Assembly (NCBI GenBank): GCA_024402845.1
Contig: JAKSSY010000001.1
Span: forward strand, 1 to 41,170
DNA length: 41,170 nt
Reading direction: 5' to 3'
Source of the DNA: Candidatus Saccharimonadota bacterium
Lineage (GTDB): Bacteria; Patescibacteriota; Saccharimonadia; Saccharimonadales; Saccharimonadaceae
Under the pieces are notes generated by a model, which had not been told where the DNA came from, searched no databases, and saw nothing but the letters and a program-made list of their open reading frames with translations. Positions within the stretch are counted from its first letter, which is position 1. Each line of letters starts with the position of its first letter. The translations under genes were made by a program, and so were the position numbers. Shown here in pieces: positions 1 through 6,285 of this stretch.

Positions 1-45
1 ACAAGGCATCCGTACCGGAAGGTGCGGATGGATTACCTCCTTTCT
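1..45 (+). rRNA. rrs: 16S rRNA, 3'-terminal fragment (gene continues upstream of window)
   Basis: The window opens with ACAAGGCATCCGTACCGGAAGGTGCGGATGGATTACCTCCTTTCT. This is the helix-45 hairpin (CATCCG/CGGATG) followed by the anti-Shine-Dalgarno CCTCCT, typical of the SSU rRNA 3' end. The exact 3' end is uncertain by a few nt. Confidence 0.9.
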
Positions 46-207
46 AGAGAAGGAAAGAGACGTATGAAAGCCATTTGGCTTGCATATAGTCAGGTCGGTT
101 GCAGTAGTAAATTTAAGCTTGATTTATTACATTTCCGCAAGGATGCAACAAAGCTATTACAGATACAACGATGAAGCTTAATTGCACAACTAAATTGTTA
201 AGCGAAG

Positions 208-230
208 GAGCACCGAAAGGTGCTTTTTTG
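208..230 (+). terminator. Intrinsic terminator downstream of 16S
   Basis: An AGCACC-GAAA-GGTGCT hairpin is followed by TTTTTT about 160 nt after the 16S end. No 23S gene or spacer tRNA follows. Confidence 0.6.
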
Positions 231-246
231 TTTTATTTATAATACT

Positions 247-364
247 AGTATCTTTATCGCTGTTATTCTGGGCCGCGGTGGGCTAGCCCGTCGTTACGGG
301 TAGCCTCCGCTTGGTCTCGGCCGTAGCCTGCGAACATCCCAGAGATAACAGCAATAAAGATACT
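247..364. repeat. 118-bp element bounded by 26/27-nt inverted repeats (MITE-like or long structured RNA stem)
   Basis: The left arm AGTATCTTTATCGCTGTTATTCTGGG (247-272) pairs with the right arm CCCAGAGATAACAGCAATAAAGATACT (338-364). There is one mismatch and one 1-nt indel. Confidence 0.8.
275..310 (+). repeat. Hairpin repeat, copy 1 (inside the inverted-repeat element)
   Basis: The sequence is GCGGTGGGCTA-GCCCGT-CGTT-ACGGGT-AGCCTCCGC. The 20-nt apical core CTAGCCCGTCGTTACGGGTA is shared with copy 2. Confidence 0.7.
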
Positions 365-407
365 TATGTAATGAATGAAGCAGATTCCTAGTTTTTATTA
401 TGGGGTC

Positions 408-444
408 GCGGTAGACTAGCCCGTCGTTACGGGTATGACTACGC
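408..444 (+). repeat. Hairpin repeat, copy 2
   Basis: The sequence is GCGGTAGACTA-GCCCGT-CGTT-ACGGGT-ATGACTACGC. The apical 20 nt match copy 1, and the basal stem differs but still pairs (GCG.TAG/CTACGC). Confidence 0.7.
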
Positions 445-630
445 TATCTGGAATAGTCGCAAAAGAATGTGATTTTTTGGTGCTCAGTGAGGATGAATTC
501 GTGTTCGATATGATCCCGCATACTTTGATTAAAAGGACGCTTAGGCCGGAAGATAGAGCCTTGGGAATGAAAAATCTGTGGGGGTGTATGGGAAATGATC
601 TTATTGCTGGTATTTAGTAGAGCAATAAAA

Positions 631-706
631 AGACTCCGAATTCAGTTATGTCATGACCTTGAGAGATAAATAATGTCATGCTCGAATCGGAGTCTTCGTT
701 TTTTTG
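631..706 (+). terminator. Long hairpin plus T-run (probable terminator)
   Basis: AGACTCCGA (631-639) pairs with TCGGAGTCT (687-695), with three further pairs inside. A T-run (TTTTTTT) follows. Confidence 0.45.
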
Positions 707-921
707 TTGTGTTTGTTTTTGAAAATATTTGTGTTTGTTTTTAGGAAATTGCGGCTTTTGTGATCTGCGAATAATTACAAAAGCTATTTTTACTATAAGC
801 CCTTTGGAAAGACTTGTCAATAGGTTTTGAATAAAAATGTTATACAAAAATAACAGGGGTGGAGTATGTAAAATTTACCACATTTGCAAAAATGACCGAA
901 TTTGTACACAATGTTTGGGTT

Positions 922-950
922 TTGCATCAGGGGCGCTAAATTGATAGAAT
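922..950 (+). promoter_or_regulatory. glmM promoter, leaderless configuration
   Basis: TTGCAT(922-927)-N17-TAGAAT(945-950), with TG at 942-943. The ATG at 957 lies exactly 6 nt after the hexamer, and there is no SD. Confidence 0.5.
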
Positions 951-956
951 TGATGT

Positions 957-2300
957 ATGGAAAAACGCATTTTTGGCGCGACTGATGGGATCCGAGGGGA
1001 GGTCGGTGAAGCGCCGCTAAGGCCGAATGCAATTAAGGCCTTGGGTAAAGCAATCTCTAAATATTTTGAAAACGGTAGGCTAGTAGTAGGACGCGACACG
1101 CGCATTAGTGGCGAGTGGATGTGTGATGCTGCCGTAGAAGGCATAAAGGAGCAGGGCGGCTCGGTTGGAGATCTCGGTATCGTTCCTACGCCAGCTATGC
1201 AGAAAATCGTGGGTGAGCGTGAAGGTATCGTGGGCGGTATTATGATGACCGCTTCGCATAATCCAGCTACGGACAATGGCTTGAAGGTTTTCTTGACTGA
1301 TGGCGATAAGCTTTCCGATGAACAAGAGCTCCAAGTGGAAGAATACTACTTTGAGCAGGAACTTGGCGAAGACGTTGACCCGCCAGCAGTTACATACGAA
1401 GTTGAAGACAATCCAGCGGCCGTTCGTGATTATGTAGAAGCCGCAGATGAAATGTTGGAAATTGGCAATGAGCTGGAAGGCGTAGAGCTAGTTGTAGATG
1501 CGGCTTCTGGCGCAGGCCACGATTATAGCAAGGCCGTATTTGATGAGTTTGGCATTGAGGCGGAGATGATCGACCCTGTGCCGAATGGCATGAACATTAA
1601 CGACGGTTGCGGAGCGCTCTATCCGGAAAAGATGGCGACGGTTGCAAAAGAGCGTGGTTGCGTCGGTGTTGCGATGGACGGCGATGCGGATAGAATTATC
1701 TTGGCTGATGAAGAAGGCAGGATTTGGGATGGTGACAGAATTGTCTGTTTGATTGCAGAATACCTCAATGAAAACGAGGCTTTGCCAAACAGTAAGGTAG
1801 TTTTGACCGAATATAGTAATCTTGCAACCATTCAATACCTTATGAATAACGGTATCGAGGTAGACAAGGTGGTTAATGGCGACCGTTTTGTGGCGCAGAA
1901 GTGCGAAGAAAACGGCTTGATTCTCGGTGGCGAGCTTTCTGGTCATATCATCTATCTTCCATGGCTAAAGAGCTCTGATGCGACCTTCATGACGCTATTT
2001 ATCTTGAAGATTATGCGCGAGAGAGGCTGTCGCTTGGCGGATCTTTGGGCAAAGTATGATAATTTGCCGTCAAAGCAATGGGGTGTGGCAGTGCGCGAAA
2101 AGAAAGATTTGAACGAATTGCCTGAATGGATTGGTGCGGTGGCGGCTGCGGAAAACCGCTTGGATGGTAATGGCAGAATCTTTACGCGTTATTCTGGCAC
2201 GGAAAATAAACTACGTATTTTGGTTGAGGGGCAGGACGCCGAGATTGTAGAAGAAGTGGGCGAAGCATTAAAAGAACTTGTAGAAAAGGAGCTAGGATAA
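957..2300 (+). CDS. glmM: Phosphoglucosamine mutase
   Basis: A 447-aa alpha-D-phosphohexomutase. It carries the active-site Ser loop TASHNP, the Mg loop DGDADR, the sugar loop GELSGH, and the phosphate loop RYSGTENKLR. Confidence 0.9.
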   Translation: MEKRIFGATDGIRGEVGEAPLRPNAIKALGKAISKYFENGRLVVGRDTRISGEWMCDAAVEGIKEQGGSVGDLGIVPTPAMQKIVGEREGIVGGIMMTASHNPATDNGLKVFLTDGDKLSDEQELQVEEYYFEQELGEDVDPPAVTYEVEDNPAAVRDYVEAADEMLEIGNELEGVELVVDAASGAGHDYSKAVFDEFGIEAEMIDPVPNGMNINDGCGALYPEKMATVAKERGCVGVAMDGDADRIILADEEGRIWDGDRIVCLIAEYLNENEALPNSKVVLTEYSNLATIQYLMNNGIEVDKVVNGDRFVAQKCEENGLILGGELSGHIIYLPWLKSSDATFMTLFILKIMRERGCRLADLWAKYDNLPSKQWGVAVREKKDLNELPEWIGAVAAAENRLDGNGRIFTRYSGTENKLRILVEGQDAEIVEEVGEALKELVEKELG

Positions 2301-2746
2301 TGATTGAAATTGGCCCAATGACAGAATATGATGGCGATGTTGCTGGGAGACTTGGCGTTTTGCGCCGTCAACTAAGCACGAAGTATGATGGTTCACCGCT
2401 TCCACGCGAGACGCTCGAGGATATTATTGAATCGCCTTATCATGACTTATTATTGGCCGTAGATGGCGATGAGGTGGTTGGCATGGTGGTTGTATCGCTG
2501 GTAATGATGACAACCAGGCGCAATGTTTATATGGAAGATTTAGTCGTGGACGAGAATCGCCGCGGGCAGGGAATTGGCGGCGACATGCTAGAGGCTGTAA
2601 AAGATTGGGGCCGCAAGAAGGGCTGTCAGCGTCTAGAGTTTACCTCTACGAGCCGCGAGAATAAAGAAGGCGCCATTAAGTTCTACGAAGGCCATGGTAT
2701 TAAACTACGTGACACAGGGCAATATCGAGCGGAATTGGCCGAATAA
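2300..2746 (+). CDS. GNAT family N-acetyltransferase
   Basis: A 148-aa protein with the acetyl-CoA motif RRGQGIGGDMLE and the tail FYEGHGI. Its start overlaps the glmM stop (TAATG), and AGGAG lies upstream. Confidence 0.85.
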   Translation: MIEIGPMTEYDGDVAGRLGVLRRQLSTKYDGSPLPRETLEDIIESPYHDLLLAVDGDEVVGMVVVSLVMMTTRRNVYMEDLVVDENRRGQGIGGDMLEAVKDWGRKKGCQRLEFTSTSRENKEGAIKFYEGHGIKLRDTGQYRAELAE

Positions 2747-2777
2747 AAAAAGAACCCCTCCTTGGAGGGGCTTTTTG
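2745..2777. terminator. Bidirectional intrinsic terminator
   Basis: The structure is AAAAAAA-GAACCCCTC-CTTG-GAGGGG-CTTTTT. It sits between convergent genes. Confidence 0.75.
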
Positions 2778-2782
2778 ATGTC

Positions 2783-3025
2783 TTACGGGAACTGGTTTGG
2801 CATGATGAGATGGAAGATGAAGTAAAGGATGACGCTGTGCATGTTTGAAATGAAGACGACGCCGAGAACGCAAGCAAGAATGCCGAAAAGTTTAACTTTG
2901 TCGTAGCTGGCTACGCCACTTGCAAGATTGTTGGCGATAGCTTGGTGAAATTTTACTATGAGTGCACCGGCTACCAAGACAGCGATCCCGCCCAGGCACC
3001 AGCCCCAATCGAATGTCCAATGCAT
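2783..3025 (-). CDS. Small hydrophobic membrane protein (hypothetical)
   Basis: The ORF is 2783-3031. Two to three hydrophobic helices are predicted by eye. The start is placed at the second Met (3025), because TGaTACAAT lies exactly 6 nt upstream of it. Confidence 0.5.
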   Translation of the reverse strand: MHWTFDWGWCLGGIAVLVAGALIVKFHQAIANNLASGVASYDKVKLFGILACVLGVVFISNMHSVILYFIFHLIMPNQFP

Positions 3026-3031
3026 AAGCAT

Positions 3032-3040
3032 ATTGTATCA
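3032..3040 (-). promoter_or_regulatory. Extended -10 box for the small membrane gene
   Basis: The minus strand reads TGaTACAAT, then N6 (atgctt), then the ATG at 3025. Confidence 0.4.
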
Positions 3041-3095
3041 TGTGTCGGTTCAGCCTTGCATATTTTTATGGAATTTAGTAACATAATCTCTAGCA

Positions 3096-3172
3096 GGGGA
3101 TATAGCTCAGCTGGTTAGAGCGCGTCACTGATAATGACGAGGTCTGTGGTTCAAGTCCACATATCCCCACCA
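3096..3172 (+). tRNA. tRNA-Ile (anticodon GAU), CCA encoded
   Basis: The sequence is GGGGATATAGCTCAGCTGGTTAGAGCGCGTCACTGATAATGACGAGGTCTGTGGTTCAAGTCCACATATCCCCACCA. The acceptor stem is GGGGATA/TATCCCC, the anticodon loop is CTGATAA, the T-loop is GGTTCAAGTCC, and the discriminator is A. Confidence 0.93.
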
Positions 3173-3187
3173 TTTTTTGTATAAAGT

Positions 3188-3210
3188 ATCGCCAATCTGG
3201 CGATTTTTTG
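3188..3210 (+). terminator. Intrinsic terminator after tRNA-Ile
   Basis: An ATCGCC-AATCT-GGCGAT hairpin followed by TTTTTT. Confidence 0.7.
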
Positions 3211-3416
3211 TTGGTGTCTAAGGTTTATCTGGGGTGGTGCCCGTTGTTCAGTGCTGGGGGCATGAGGCTTTGGCGGAAGCAATTAAGAATTATCGAGCAG
3301 AAAAGAAATAGACTGGACGAGCGTGGCGATGGGGGTTATAATAGAAAGCACATGGGGCGGAATAGGTTTATACCTACTCCACTCCACCACCAAAAACCCG
3401 AGAGGGTCTTTTTTGT

Positions 3417-3425
3417 TGCTATAAT
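3417..3425 (+). promoter_or_regulatory. Extended -10 box (TGcTATAAT)
   Basis: TGCTATAAT lies about 20 nt upstream of the ATG at 3445. The short leader contains AGGAG. Confidence 0.45.
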
Positions 3426-3444
3426 AGTGGCAAATAGGAGCAAT

Positions 3445-3711
3445 ATGAATAGAACGGAATTTTTGGCGAAGATTCAAAAAGTTACGAAATTGTCTGACGA
3501 GAAGATGAAGAAGCTCGAAAAGATTTTGGACGAGCATATTCCGGTCGGCAATTCGAATAAGGAAAAGATTATATTCTCGCTTGAAAAAGAGCTTGGCATG
3601 AGCGAAAAAGATGCAGACAAGCTATATAACGACATCGCGAAGATTTTTACGGAAGAGACGGCGAACAAAGTGAAGGGCGCGCTTTCGGAATTCGTCAATA
3701 TGTTCAAATAA
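3445..3711 (+). CDS. Hypothetical helical protein (two HU-N-terminal-like helix repeats)
   Basis: An 88-aa protein starting MNRTEFLAKIQKVTKLSDEK, with AGGAG 4 nt upstream. The longer ORF from 3208 runs through a terminator-like hairpin and reads as non-protein-like sequence. Confidence 0.65.
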   Translation: MNRTEFLAKIQKVTKLSDEKMKKLEKILDEHIPVGNSNKEKIIFSLEKELGMSEKDADKLYNDIAKIFTEETANKVKGALSEFVNMFK

Positions 3712-3771
3712 TAACAGTGGTCGGGCTCGTGAGAGGCCGCGTAAGGCCTGTTTGATGGGCAAGACATAGAA

Positions 3772-3808
3772 AAATACCTCCAGACTAGAAAATCGGGAGG
3801 TATTTTTA
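3772..3808 (+). terminator. Intrinsic terminator
   Basis: AATACCTCC (3773-3781) pairs with GGAGGTATT (3796-3804), followed by TTTT. Confidence 0.65.
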
Positions 3809-3951
3809 TTGAAGGATCTCGCACTTCCTTCAATCTATCTCATATTCTATGCGGTGTATGATATATTGTCAATGCTTGTTTTGTCGCGACTTTGATGGCC
3901 TGCGACCTCAGATTGTTCGGTTATTATAACATAATTCTAAGCAAAAACATA

Positions 3952-3980
3952 TTGACAAAACGGAAGCATTATGCTAAAAT
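3952..3980 (+). promoter_or_regulatory. Sigma70-type promoter of the KGG stress gene
   Basis: TTGACA(3952-3957)-N17-TAAAAT(3975-3980), with a TGc extension. Confidence 0.6.
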
Positions 3981-4067
3981 AGCCATAAGCACCTGAGAAG
4001 AGTGCCTAGTCTGGCGCTGTTTCTTCTCAAAAAGGGTGGCAATAATTAAGTTATATGGTGGGCAGAA

Positions 4068-4283
4068 ATGGAGCTAGAAATGGCTGGAACTAAAGCTGGT
4101 GGTCAAAAAGCTGCCACAACAAACAAGAGCAAGTACGGTAAAGACTTTTACGCTGAAATCGGTCGTAAAGGTGGTCGCAACGGTCACACTGGTGGCTTTG
4201 CTGCAAACCCAGAGCTCGCAAAGATTGCAGGCGCAAAGGGTGGTCGTATTTCCAAGCGTGGTAAAGCAAAAAAGAACGCTTAA
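4068..4283 (+). CDS. KGG-repeat general stress protein (YciG/GsiB-like)
   Basis: It has repeated GG/KGG blocks: GRKGGRNGHTGGFAANPELAKIAGAKGGRISKRG. It is small, basic and glycine-rich. An alternative start at 4080 is preceded by GGAG. Confidence 0.75.
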   Translation: MELEMAGTKAGGQKAATTNKSKYGKDFYAEIGRKGGRNGHTGGFAANPELAKIAGAKGGRISKRGKAKKNA

Positions 4284-4307
4284 TATCTTAGTTTGATAGA
4301 TTTCATT

Positions 4308-4341
4308 AAAATATCTCCTCTTTCAGGGGAGATATTTTTTG
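4308..4341. terminator. Bidirectional intrinsic terminator
   Basis: ATATCTCCTC-TTTCA-GGGGAGATAT forms a 10-bp stem. A-rich sequence lies on the left and TTTTTT on the right, between convergent genes. Confidence 0.75.
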
Positions 4342-4342
4342 T

Positions 4343-4786
4343 TTAGAAGTCTTCTGGTGGAATGGAGCTTGGCCATTTTTTGCCGCAGAGAGGGCAGTGG
4401 TAGATGCCGGTTTCGTCCTGGTAGCCAGCGAGTTGGCAATTGGTACAGAGAGAAACGACATGTAGCCAGTTACGATAGGTATCAAGGTGATCTTGGGCGA
4501 GGTTATCATCCCATTTGACGCCGTAAGTCTTACAGAGGTCTTCGGCCTTTGTCCAGGCTTCGGACTCAATGCGGACGAGTTCGATGTCGCTAGTATAAGA
4601 GGTGCGCTTGATGAGATAGTGGCCAAGTTCGTGCAGGAGCTCGATAGGGGGGGTGTCTTTGGAATAAAAAATCGAACGTGGCGGGGTGAATTTAGCGCAC
4701 TCGCCAGAGGTGATGTTAAGTTCTGGGTAATCTTGGCGGAGCTTAGCGACGAGCTTGTTTAAGCTTGGCATAGTAATAGCATCCAT
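4343..4786 (-). CDS. Putative Zn-metallopeptidase (HExxH, ImmA/IrrE-like) with C-terminal zinc ribbon
   Basis: A 147-aa protein with an HELGH motif and a C-terminal CTNC...CPLC pair. Its 5' end overlaps the upstream ROK gene by 44 nt. The start is uncertain; an alternative Met lies at 4771. Confidence 0.6.
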   Translation of the reverse strand: MDAITMPSLNKLVAKLRQDYPELNITSGECAKFTPPRSIFYSKDTPPIELLHELGHYLIKRTSYTSDIELVRIESEAWTKAEDLCKTYGVKWDDNLAQDHLDTYRNWLHVVSLCTNCQLAGYQDETGIYHCPLCGKKWPSSIPPEDF

Positions 4787-5552
4787 AGATTACGGAAAGA
4801 TCGGCGTATTTGGCGGTGTGAAGACGCGGCTGATTGATGCGTGATGGAAGCTGTTCGGCGATGGTCTTGCGAAGAGATTTGCGGTAGGCGTTGAGCATGA
4901 GACCGAGTGGACCACCAAGGATGACACAATCCGGTTTTAGAGAAGTGATAAGAGGCACAAGGCCGAGCGCGATGCGTTCGGTGATGTTGTTCCAGATGTC
5001 GCGGTCGTCGATTTCGGAGACGAGGCGGCCGTACTTTTTGTTGATAGCGCTAGCGGCGGCGATATCCTCCCATTCGAGCTTCTCGCCGTTCCAGATGTAT
5101 TCGGTGTGACCAGGTTCGAAATCAAGGTAGCGCTTGACGAGAGCGCCATCTTCGACGATGCCGCCACCGATACCGGTAGAAAGCGTAAGGTAAAGCGAGC
5201 GACCTTTACGGAGGCGAGCTTCGGCGAGCGCGGCAAGGTTGGCGTCATTCTCGACATAAATAGGGAAGTCGCGACCGAGGTCTTGCTTGAGCTGCGCGGC
5301 AAGGTCAAAGTTTTGCCAAGGGAGATTACCGAGCCAGACGGCCTGATTGCGCTTGATGATGCCCGGCATGGCGATAGAGGCTGCCTTGATGCCAGATAGG
5401 ACGAAGTTCACGCGAATCTGCTGCAGTAAACTTGCGTAAAAGATATTTTGATCGGCGACGGTCGCGAAACGGACGGAGTGTAGAATTTTGCCATATTTGT
5501 CTACGAGGGCGATAAGAGTTTTGGTCCCACCAATGTCGATACAGAGATACAT
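4743..5552 (-). CDS. ROK family sugar kinase (glucokinase-like)
   Basis: It carries the motifs MYLCIDIGGTK, ENDANLAALAE and TLSTGIGGGIV, and it lacks the CxCGxxGC zinc motif. The start is set at 5552, because TGtTATACT lies 6 nt upstream. Confidence 0.8.
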   Translation of the reverse strand: MYLCIDIGGTKTLIALVDKYGKILHSVRFATVADQNIFYASLLQQIRVNFVLSGIKAASIAMPGIIKRNQAVWLGNLPWQNFDLAAQLKQDLGRDFPIYVENDANLAALAEARLRKGRSLYLTLSTGIGGGIVEDGALVKRYLDFEPGHTEYIWNGEKLEWEDIAAASAINKKYGRLVSEIDDRDIWNNITERIALGLVPLITSLKPDCVILGGPLGLMLNAYRKSLRKTIAEQLPSRINQPRLHTAKYADLSVIYGCYYYAKLKQARR

Positions 5553-5558
5553 ACTGTC

Positions 5559-5567
5559 AGTATAACA
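5559..5567 (-). promoter_or_regulatory. Extended -10 box for the ROK kinase (leaderless configuration)
   Basis: The minus strand reads TGtTATACT-N6 (gacagt)-ATG(5552). Confidence 0.45.
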
Positions 5568-5662
5568 TCTCGGCGCGCGCAAGTGAATAACAGATGAGGC
5601 TTATGTTTGTGATAGAGGTAGATGGGTGTTATAATTTTGACAAGTTTTAGGGAGTTATAAAA

Positions 5663-6172
5663 ATGGATGTAGATACCAAATATAAGCGTTGGGGCTGGGG
5701 TGCATTAATTGGGCTCATCGCTGTTATCTTGATTGCGGGTCTTATTGTTGCAGTTAGTCTTTCTTCGCCAAAGAAGGCAGAACTAGCAGATGGCGGCAAC
5801 GACGGTGATAGTGCTTTGATTGCTGACGGTAGCGATAAGGATTCCGACAAGAAGACCGATGAATCTAAGGATTCTACCGATGATTCGAAGAAGACGGAAG
5901 ACTCTAAAAAGTCTGAAGATTCCAAAAAGAGCGAAGATTCTAAGAAATCTGAGGATTCTAAGAAGTCCGATAACAATAAGAATGGTAGCACTTCTGGTTC
6001 TACTGGTACTGATGGTGCCGACGGCAGCAAGAATGTCGCTAATGGCGGTAATGGTAGTGCTAGCTCGATGCCAAAGACTGGTCCAGCAGAGGATCTAATG
6101 AGCGTAGTTGCGCTCGCGACAATCGCTGGCCTCGCCGCACATAACGTAATGCTTATCAAGAAACGCGCTTAA
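5663..6172 (+). CDS. Sortase-type anchored surface protein with SEDSKK repeats (MPKTG sorting signal)
   Basis: It has an N-terminal TM/signal anchor and a low-complexity D/S/K-rich region. The C-terminus is MPKTG(6068-6082), then a hydrophobic stretch, then KKRA. The SD is AGGGAG. Confidence 0.8.
   Translation: MDVDTKYKRWGWGALIGLIAVILIAGLIVAVSLSSPKKAELADGGNDGDSALIADGSDKDSDKKTDESKDSTDDSKKTEDSKKSEDSKKSEDSKKSEDSKKSDNNKNGSTSGSTGTDGADGSKNVANGGNGSASSMPKTGPAEDLMSVVALATIAGLAAHNVMLIKKRA
5897..5968 (+). repeat. 4 x 18-bp in-frame tandem repeat (E-D-S-K-K-S)
   Basis: The units are gaagactctaaaaagtct, gaagattccaaaaagagc, gaagattctaagaaatct and gaggattctaagaagtcc. Confidence 0.85.
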
Positions 6173-6203
6173 ACTTTACGTAATCTGTAAAATAGGATAA
6201 AAT

Positions 6204-6236
6204 AGTGAGCAGTGTAGAACTGCTCACTTGTTTTTG
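6204..6236 (+). terminator. Intrinsic terminator
   Basis: An AGTGAGCAG-TGTAGAA-CTGCTCACT hairpin followed by TGTTTTT. Confidence 0.7.
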
Positions 6237-6285
6237 TGTGCCACGAAGATAAATGAGCAGTTCTAACGAAAGGAAAATATAATAA

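Noticed and set aside
435-617. A 60-aa ORF (MTTLSGIVAKECDF...).
   Set aside because: It has no SD or -10 spacing pattern, and its start sits inside hairpin copy 2. I recognise no motif. It may be real, but the sequence alone does not support it.
3224-3394. A tmRNA/tRNA-like 3' end (CCACTCCACCACCA) pairing with GGGGTGGTG. There is also a faint resemblance of GGGGCATGAGGCTTTGGC to the 23S 5' end, and GGAAGCA resembles the SRP RNA apex.
   Set aside because: The interval is too short for tmRNA and has no tag ORF or canonical T-arm. The similarities to 23S and SRP motifs are only a few nucleotides long, so they cannot be supported without a covariance-model search.
3208-3444. The upstream extension of the 3445 CDS (a 167-aa ORF, or the Met at 3352).
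   Set aside because: The sequence is not protein-like and spans a -10 box, a hairpin with a T-run and a second promoter. The ATG at 3445 has a strong AGGAG.
5647-6159. A 170-aa minus-strand ORF antisense to the MPKTG surface protein.
   Set aside because: It mirrors the low-complexity repeat. The plus-strand frame has an SD, a signal anchor and a sorting signal.
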